Positions 15,611 to 21,935 of a stretch of DNA of 21,935 nt are shown piece by piece (position 1 is the stretch's first letter; each line of letters starts with the position of its first letter). Origin of the DNA: Pseudobdellovibrionaceae bacterium (lineage in GTDB: Bacteria > Bdellovibrionota > Bdellovibrionia > Bdellovibrionales > Bdellovibrionaceae); the NCBI GenBank assembly GCA_044359815.1, contig JBIKLL010000043.1:1-21935 (forward strand), in the 5' to 3' direction. The notes below the pieces were generated by a model. It saw only the letters and a program-made list of their open reading frames with translations. It did no database searches and was not told the DNA's origin. A program made the translations under genes and the position numbers.

Positions 15611-16381
15611 TTATTCTTTGATGCGCCAGGCGCCCATTAATAATTTCATGGTTTCAGTGTCAGAAAATTCAGGGATAGGAGCTAAATTCCACGTCCAATT
15701 AAAAAATGGCTTACCCATACTGACTCCGACCAATGAAGGCTCTTTACGGATAAATTTTCCGACAGAGTCTGAAAACTCGCGGCCGTTGTCACCGATGAGC
15801 AAAGATCGGCCCGAGTTTTGTTGCAAATGTCTGATGTGATTTTTTAAAAGCATCGAACAAAATTCTTCTTGCTCCTGTTCACTAAAACCCTCTGAAATTA
15901 ATTTTTCGACAAACAAAATAGGAATTTGAGAAATCAGGTTTGCAGAAATCACCAGGTCAGCCTGAGGCCATGGCGGAGCAGCTTTTTCTAACAGCGAAAG
16001 CCATTTTGATTTATCTTGAGTTTTAATAATTTCCCAAAAACCGGTCACGTCTCGGTTCAGAATATTGACTTGTTTTCCCATTTTAAAAGTTTTTGGTCCG
16101 TGAACTATATCGACCAAATAAACTTCTTTAAACGCATTGATCAGCGAAATAATAGGGATCTCATGCAAAAGTCCACTGCCTAAAACCACAACCGAATGTT
16201 TGTTTTTTGTTTGAAGTATTTCTTCGTGGATCACTTGTTTGCAGTATTTTTCGTGATCTTTCCAAAGATCCTTTAATCTTTGGCGGCGGGCATTCAAAGC
16301 AATTAATTGATTCAAGTACCCACTGGATTTAGCTTCAGGTGTGGCTTTCCAAGTTTTTGATTGCAGCCATTCTTTAATCAT
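15611..16381 (-). CDS. Hypothetical protein with SAM-methyltransferase-like Rossmann fold
   Basis: VVVLGSG, YLVD, RDVTG and DLVISANLISQ resemble class I MTase motifs. ATGA overlap with the upstream MTase. Confidence 0.65.
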   Translation of the reverse strand: MIKEWLQSKTWKATPEAKSSGYLNQLIALNARRQRLKDLWKDHEKYCKQVIHEEILQTKNKHSVVVLGSGLLHEIPIISLINAFKEVYLVDIVHGPKTFKMGKQVNILNRDVTGFWEIIKTQDKSKWLSLLEKAAPPWPQADLVISANLISQIPILFVEKLISEGFSEQEQEEFCSMLLKNHIRHLQQNSGRSLLIGDNGREFSDSVGKFIRKEPSLVGVSMGKPFFNWTWNLAPIPEFSDTETMKLLMGAWRIKE

Positions 16382-17208
16382 TTTTTTGGGGTCCTTGCTG
16401 TTGCTCGAACAAACATATCAAAAAACACAGCGTCCTTTGCTTTTTTGACTTTTTCGATTTCTTTGTGCATTTGATTGATCAGTTTTTTGTCCACACGCTT
16501 GGTTTCCAACAAGGCTTGTTCCGCTGACAACAAAACCTTAAAAAATTGCTCTGAAAATAAAGCACGTTTTTTGGATTGCCTTGAATCAAAATGAAAAGGT
16601 TTAAACTCGACATTGATGTCAGTGTACCCGGCTTCATTCAGCACATGTCCCAAAAGTGCGCCCATAAAAGGATGGCCTTTGTTCGCCCATTGCCAATCAT
16701 TGAATTCAAACCAATATTTTAAAATGGCCGGAGAATAAGGTTCCATAAACATGGCCTGATTGAAAATCTCAGTGCAATAAATTTTGGCACCTGGTTTCAG
16801 ATAGGGCCTAATCCCTTTAAGCACTTTAACCGGATCTGGAACATGTTCTAAAAACCAGCATATAAACGCTGAATCGAACTTGCTGCCCACTAAATTTGCA
16901 GGAATGTTTGGCTCAATTGCATTGCGATTAAGCAATTGTACCCTTTTGTCTTTGATTTCTTGCTTCAGGAACTGGGATGCGACCTTTAGCTGGTTTTCGC
17001 TCAGATCCAAACCAACTACCTTTAGCTTTGGAAACCGGCGGCAAATGATCTTGGTTTGAGCTCCAACTCCACAGCCGACCTCTAGAAGTCGTTCTTTAAA
17101 CTCAAGGTCGACGCCCTGAAACACGTATGGTTCTAGGAACTCCGCCTGCTCTATCAGTCTATTTTGCTCACGAGACGAAAACCCGTGAAGATATGTGAAT
17201 TTTCCCAT
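16378..17208 (-). CDS. Class I SAM-dependent methyltransferase
   Basis: LLEVGCGVG, VGLDLS, FD-----WFLEHV-DP and LKPG. Likely start is ATG 17208 (MGKFTYLHG). Confidence 0.92.
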   Translation of the reverse strand: MGKFTYLHGFSSREQNRLIEQAEFLEPYVFQGVDLEFKERLLEVGCGVGAQTKIICRRFPKLKVVGLDLSENQLKVASQFLKQEIKDKRVQLLNRNAIEPNIPANLVGSKFDSAFICWFLEHVPDPVKVLKGIRPYLKPGAKIYCTEIFNQAMFMEPYSPAILKYWFEFNDWQWANKGHPFMGALLGHVLNEAGYTDINVEFKPFHFDSRQSKKRALFSEQFFKVLLSAEQALLETKRVDKKLINQMHKEIEKVKKAKDAVFFDMFVRATARTPKK

Positions 17209-17260
17209 TTGTTCTGATTCATATTTTCTACAAGATTTCTTACGCAAGCAAGCTATTGCG

Positions 17261-17300
17261 TGACATCAATCTTGATAAAACCCTGACATGACAGAAACAA
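17261..17300 (+). promoter_or_regulatory. Candidate Pho-box-like direct repeats
   Basis: TGACAT (17261), TGATAA (17273), TGACAT (17284) and AAACAA (17295) at 11-12-bp spacing upstream of pstS. Confidence 0.4.
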
Positions 17301-17370
17301 CTCTTCTGGTACCTTGGGGCCACAAATTAGATCGTGTTTATAGGTATTTAAACAATTAAAAGGGGGCTCT

Positions 17371-18420
17371 ATGATTCAATCTCTAAAATCTTTAAACCGC
17401 CAAATGGATAAATACATTGATACTCAGTTATTGATGACTTCATTGATTGCGGTAGCCATTTTGATGCTTTCATTTAAAGCCCTTGCTGACGCAGTTCCAG
17501 TTATCAAAATTGACGGGTCCAGCACTGTGTTTCCAATCACTGAAGCTGTGGCTGAAGAGTTTCAAAAAGACCAAAAGGGTAAAGTTCGCGTGACAGTGGG
17601 AATCTCTGGCACAGGCGGCGGATTTAAAAAGTTTTGCAGAGGCGAAACTGATGTTCAAGATGCTTCCAGACCTATATCAGCTTCAGAAATGGCAGACTGT
17701 AAAACTGCAGGCATTAAATATTTTGAATTGCCAGTGGCTTACGATGCTTTGGTTGTAGCTGTTAACCCGCAAAACACTTGGGTCACAGAAGTGACAGTGG
17801 AAGAACTGAAAAAAATGTGGGAACCGGATGCTCAAGGCAAAATCACAAAATGGAATCAGGTAAATCCTAAATGGCCAGATGCTCCTTTGAAATTGTTTGG
17901 TGCGGGTTCAGATTCTGGAACCTTTGACTATTTTACTGAAGCTGTTGTGGGCAAAGCCAAATCTTCACGAGGTGACTACACAGCCAGCGAAGACGACAAC
18001 ACATTGGTTCAAGGCATTTCGGGTGACAAAAACGCTATTGGTTACATCCCACTTTCGTATTTTGAGGAAAACAAAACCAAAATGAAAGCTCTTGCAATCG
18101 TAAACCCAAAAACTAAAAAAGCTGAGTTTCCCTCTGAAGCTACAGTGAATCAGGGTAAATACATTCCGTTTTCAAGACCCCTGTTTATTTATGTATCTGA
18201 AGCTTCGTACAAACGTTCAGAAGTTTCTAATTTTACAAAATTTTATTTGGCTCAGACTCCAAAATTAGTGGGTTCGGCAAAAATGATTGCTTTGCCTAAC
18301 AAGGCTTACGAAATGGGTTTGAATATTTTGAACAAAAATAAATTTGGAACTATCTTTAGCGGACATTCTGAAATCGGCATGAAAATCGAAGACATGCTAA
18401 AAAAAGAAGGCAAATTGTAA
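17371..18420 (+). CDS. pstS: Phosphate ABC transporter substrate-binding protein
   Basis: IDGSSTVFP, SGTGGGFKKF, ASR, DSGTFDYF and SRPLFIY. Confidence 0.96.
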   Translation: MIQSLKSLNRQMDKYIDTQLLMTSLIAVAILMLSFKALADAVPVIKIDGSSTVFPITEAVAEEFQKDQKGKVRVTVGISGTGGGFKKFCRGETDVQDASRPISASEMADCKTAGIKYFELPVAYDALVVAVNPQNTWVTEVTVEELKKMWEPDAQGKITKWNQVNPKWPDAPLKLFGAGSDSGTFDYFTEAVVGKAKSSRGDYTASEDDNTLVQGISGDKNAIGYIPLSYFEENKTKMKALAIVNPKTKKAEFPSEATVNQGKYIPFSRPLFIYVSEASYKRSEVSNFTKFYLAQTPKLVGSAKMIALPNKAYEMGLNILNKNKFGTIFSGHSEIGMKIEDMLKKEGKL

Positions 18421-19359
18421 TTGGGTATTCGCACCAAGCAAGCCATAGCCCAGTTTACATCTCCGAATCATCCAACACGGAGAATGAGAAAAATGAAAGA
18501 GCTTTTAATAGAAGCTCTTTTGTTTTTAGCAGCAGCTTCGAGTGTGTTTGTGACCATCGCGATTTTTATGATTTTGGTCACGGAATCGATGCCATTTTTT
18601 AAACACGTTTCAATATCAGAATTTTTAACAGGCACAGAATGGACACCGCTTTTTTCAGATGCAAAATTTGGAATTTTGCCATTGATCTGTGGAACATTTT
18701 TGTCATCATTTGTGGCGCTGGTGGTAGCCATTCCTGTTGGCAGTGTTATCGCCATTTACCTGAGCGAATACTGTCCCGCAAAAGCTCGTGAATTGCTAAA
18801 ACCAGCACTAGAGTTGTTGGCAGCGGTACCGACAGTTGTGTATGGGTATTTTGCATTTTTGTTTGTTTCTCCGTTGGTCAAAAAAGTTTTTCCAGAAATT
18901 TCGGGATTTAATATTTTATCTGCAGGTTTGGTCATCGGTGTGATGATTATACCCTATGTGTCTTCGTTAACTGAGGATGCCATGCGGGCAGTGCCTACAT
19001 ATTTACGTGAAGGGTCACTAGCCATGGGCGCGACAAAACTGCAGACGGCGATCAAAGTGGTGTATCCAGCTGCTTTGTCGGGTATTACATCTGCATATAT
19101 TTTGGGGATTTCCAGAGCTGTTGGAGAAACCATGGTGGTCGCCATAGCGGGTGGTATGCAACCCAATTTTACATTGAATCCCCTTGAACCCGCAGCCACA
19201 ATCACAGCCTTTATTGTGCAGGTATCCTTGGGTGATTTGCCCCATGGATCAATTGGCTATCAGTCAATTTACGTGGCTGGATTGACTTTGTTGGTAATCA
19301 CTTTATTTTTCAATATTATTGGATTTTGGCTTAAGCGCAGATTTCGAGAGGCTTACTAG
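18421..19359 (+). CDS. pstC: Phosphate ABC transporter permease
   Basis: ELLAAVPTVVYG, EAA-type loop and SRAVGETM. Start uncertain. Confidence 0.95.
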   Translation: MGIRTKQAIAQFTSPNHPTRRMRKMKELLIEALLFLAAASSVFVTIAIFMILVTESMPFFKHVSISEFLTGTEWTPLFSDAKFGILPLICGTFLSSFVALVVAIPVGSVIAIYLSEYCPAKARELLKPALELLAAVPTVVYGYFAFLFVSPLVKKVFPEISGFNILSAGLVIGVMIIPYVSSLTEDAMRAVPTYLREGSLAMGATKLQTAIKVVYPAALSGITSAYILGISRAVGETMVVAIAGGMQPNFTLNPLEPAATITAFIVQVSLGDLPHGSIGYQSIYVAGLTLLVITLFFNIIGFWLKRRFREAY

Positions 19360-20267
19360 TGAAATTGGATTCAAAAGAACTTTCACGAAGGCAATTGATT
19401 AACCAATTATTTTCAATTTTTGGTTTGTTGTTGTTGATGTCAGCATTGATGATTTTATTGGTGTTGATATCAGATTTATTTGTCACTGGATTTGGCAGAA
19501 TAAGCAGCCAGTTTTTGACCAGTTTTCCATCCAGATTTCCACAGGAAGCGGGGATTTTATCTGCCTGGGTGGGTTCATTGTGTGTAATGCTGACCACTGC
19601 GATGTTGGCAATACCCTTGGGAATAGCTGCAGGCATTTATCTGGAGGAATATTCATCCAAAAACTGGATCACCGGTATCATTGAAATTAACATCGTGAAT
19701 TTAGCCGGCATTCCATCAATCACATTTGGACTGATGGCATTGGGATTATTTGTTTATCAATTTAAATTGGGTCAAAGCATTTTAACAGCAGGTTTAACAT
19801 TGGGATTATTGATTTTGCCAATTGTGATTGTCACCACACGGGAATCCATTCGCGCAATCCCACAAACGATTCGTGAAGCCGCTTACGGATTAGGGGCTAC
19901 AAAATGGCAGGTGATTCAGCATCATTTGCTGCCATATTCTACAGGTGGAATCATCACAGGCGTTATTATTTCATTATCACGAGCCATTGGCGAAACAGCG
20001 CCATTGATCACTGTGGGGGCGTTAACCTTTATCGCCTTTTTACCATCAGCTCCAATTTCGGATCAGGCTCCGTATATCAGTTTCCAATGGCTTATGGATC
20101 CATTTACGGTTATGCCGATTCAAATGTTTAATTGGATATCGCGACCACAGGCAGATTTTCACATCAATGCGGCAGCCACTGGATTAATTTTATTGGCGAT
20201 GACTCTTGTATTAAATGGGATAGCAATTGTGATAAGGTACCGTTTTCGTAAAAAAATCAAATGGTGA
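19359..20267 (+). CDS. pstA: Phosphate ABC transporter permease
   Basis: NLAGIPSI-FGL, REAAYGLGATKWQ and SRAIGETAP. Confidence 0.95.
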   Translation: MKLDSKELSRRQLINQLFSIFGLLLLMSALMILLVLISDLFVTGFGRISSQFLTSFPSRFPQEAGILSAWVGSLCVMLTTAMLAIPLGIAAGIYLEEYSSKNWITGIIEINIVNLAGIPSITFGLMALGLFVYQFKLGQSILTAGLTLGLLILPIVIVTTRESIRAIPQTIREAAYGLGATKWQVIQHHLLPYSTGGIITGVIISLSRAIGETAPLITVGALTFIAFLPSAPISDQAPYISFQWLMDPFTVMPIQMFNWISRPQADFHINAAATGLILLAMTLVLNGIAIVIRYRFRKKIKW

Positions 20268-20270
20268 TAA

Positions 20271-21089
20271 ATGATGACTGAGACAGCTGCTGACAAGAAT
20301 TCAATTTTAAATGCTTCAAAGGCTTTGGCCAAACGGGCAGAAGTCAAAGACCTGACTTTTTCCTATGATGGTGACAAACAAATTCTAAAAAACGTAACTA
20401 TGCCCATTCATGATCGCACAATCACTGCTCTGATTGGCCCCTCGGGTTGTGGTAAGACAACTTTGCTAAGATGCTTTAACAGAATGCATGATTTATATTC
20501 CAAGGTGAAATATACGGGTCAGATAATTTTGTTGCCAGAAAATCAAGATCTGTTGGCAAATGATATCGATCCCATCGAAGTCAGGATGAGAATCGGGATG
20601 GTGTTTCAAAAACCAAATCCCTTTCCGAAATCAATTTATGAAAATGTGGCCTATGGTTTAAGAGTCCGAGGCATTAAAAAACGCAGTTTTATTGATGAAC
20701 AGGTTGAAAGATCCTTACAAAATGCGGGTCTATGGTCTGAGGTAAAGGATCGTTTGAAATCGCCGGCGCAATCGTTGTCGGGTGGACAGCAGCAAAGACT
20801 GTGTATCGCTAGGGCTTTAGCAACTGAGCCTGAAATATTATTGCTGGACGAACCAACATCTGCTTTGGATCCAATTTCGACAGCTCATATTGAGGAACTG
20901 GTAGTTCAGTTAAAAAAGGACATCACCATTGTGATGGTGACCCATAATCTGCATCAAGCATCACGGGTTTCGGATTACACAGCATTTATGTTTTTGGGTG
21001 ATTTGATAGAATTTAATGAAACTGCAAAATTATTCACTACACCCAAGGATAAAAAAACCGAAAGCTACATCACTGGGCGATTTGGTTAA
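20271..21089 (+). CDS. pstB: Phosphate ABC transporter ATP-binding protein
   Basis: [44 protein letters not shown] and YITGRFG. Confidence 0.97.
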   Translation: MMTETAADKNSILNASKALAKRAEVKDLTFSYDGDKQILKNVTMPIHDRTITALIGPSGCGKTTLLRCFNRMHDLYSKVKYTGQIILLPENQDLLANDIDPIEVRMRIGMVFQKPNPFPKSIYENVAYGLRVRGIKKRSFIDEQVERSLQNAGLWSEVKDRLKSPAQSLSGGQQQRLCIARALATEPEILLLDEPTSALDPISTAHIEELVVQLKKDITIVMVTHNLHQASRVSDYTAFMFLGDLIEFNETAKLFTTPKDKKTESYITGRFG

Positions 21090-21154
21090 TCTGGCCTATT
21101 CAGATATTGAATTAAGATAAAATAAAATTTTTAAAACACAAAAGGGAATAAAGA

Positions 21155-21541
21155 CTAGTTGTCTTCGTCCTCTGATTCTTCTTCCTCTTCATCGTTATCA
21201 TCATCGTCATCTTCGTCTTCATCCAAATCATCTTCTGATTCAATTTTTACAAGCCATGAATCATAAGGGTCTTCTTGGATCAAACTGGGTTCTTCGATAA
21301 CAGCTGCGTTGACTTCGATCACTTTACCGCTGACGGGTGAATAAATATCCAGAGTGCCATCATCAGTTTCGATGGTACCTATAACAACATCTGAATCCAC
21401 AGTTTCACCATCGTTAGGCATTTCAACTGAATTAATTTCGGTGATTTCTTCAATCCCGTCCTCGTTGATGCCTATGGTGTAGACATTGTCTTCCTTTTGA
21501 ACCCACATGTAGCCCATAAAATTTTGATGATTGTCGCTCAT
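21155..21541 (-). CDS. Glycine cleavage H-protein-like protein lacking the lipoyl-Lys, with acidic tail
   Basis: W, TIGI, DIYSPVSGKVIEVN and DPY-SWLVKI match GcvH. The ESVK motif reads ETDD. Confidence 0.85.
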   Translation of the reverse strand: MSDNHQNFMGYMWVQKEDNVYTIGINEDGIEEITEINSVEMPNDGETVDSDVVIGTIETDDGTLDIYSPVSGKVIEVNAAVIEEPSLIQEDPYDSWLVKIESEDDLDEDEDDDDDNDEEEEESEDEDN

Positions 21542-21728
21542 ATAATTCCTTTGCCTACAAGGTCTAACAGCAGATTTTCGAAAAAGGAAGAGCCTAAAAA
21601 AGTGATTCTAAAGAATTTTTTCCTGTGCTTATTTTTGTAACTTGCGAAACATTCTGAATTTTGATAATTCAAGACCCCTAAAATTATATGACAGCATGGC
21701 GACAGTGAAATTTTGAGGGGGGAAATTG

Positions 21729-21935
21729 ATGACTGAATCAAAGTTTTTTGTTTATGGCTCATTGACTGAGGGTTTGGTTCATTTCAATCGAATTAGAGAC
21801 TTTGTAGTCAATAAAGTTGATGCCACACTAACAGGATCTGTTTACCGTTTAAAAGTGGGTTACCCAGTATTTGTTGAACAGGGCCAGGACACGGTCATCG
21901 GCCAACTGCTGACAATTAGAACTTCTGACCTGCTG
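21729..21935 (+). CDS. Gamma-glutamylcyclotransferase (GGCT/AIG2-like) family protein, 5' part, runs off the window
   Basis: Hand translation MTESKFFVYGSLTEGLVHFN...GSVYRLKVGYPVFV...VIGQL shows FVYGSL and GYP motifs. G-rich SD upstream. Absent from the ORF track because no stop lies in the window. Confidence 0.85.
   Translation, partial: MTESKFFVYGSLTEGLVHFNRIRDFVVNKVDATLTGSVYRLKVGYPVFVEQGQDTVIGQLLTIRTSDLL

Noticed and set aside
21158..21240. TCA/TCT/TCG triplet-like repeat
   Set aside because: Explained by Asp/Glu codons of the acidic protein tail.
21538..21762. 74-aa minus-strand ORF upstream of the GcvH-like gene
   Set aside because: Overlaps the start of the GGCT gene on the opposite strand and has no recognisable features.

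Overview
Low-GC bacterial chromosomal window. The gene mix (GS type III, long-form PhhA, many orphan signal-peptide proteins) suggests a Bdellovibrionota-like or other delta-proteobacterial-type host; this is inference only. Left to right it holds: a hairpin-rich non-coding stretch; an accessory block (orphan secreted protein, (TAAGC)7 repeat, HigA-like antitoxin with an internally deleted toxin and a 22-bp palindromic operator, orphan lipoprotein); a DOMON-like/namZ/hypothetical/SDR operon; phhA; an MNT-HEPN pair; yciH; a hemolysin-III protein with a HicB-like tail; glutamine synthetase III; DUF962; a membrane LbH acyltransferase; two methyltransferase-fold genes; pstSCAB; a GcvH-like protein lacking the lipoyl lysine; and the start of a GGCT-family gene missing from the ORF track. 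The most unusual signal is non-coding. Two related long inverted-repeat elements lie at 7283-7515 and 14261-14613. The second has perfect 58-bp arms around four further complementary segment pairs in crossed, non-nested order, which on paper fold into a four-way junction linked to a three-way junction. No transposase, integrase, RT, CRISPR, tRNA or rRNA was recognised.
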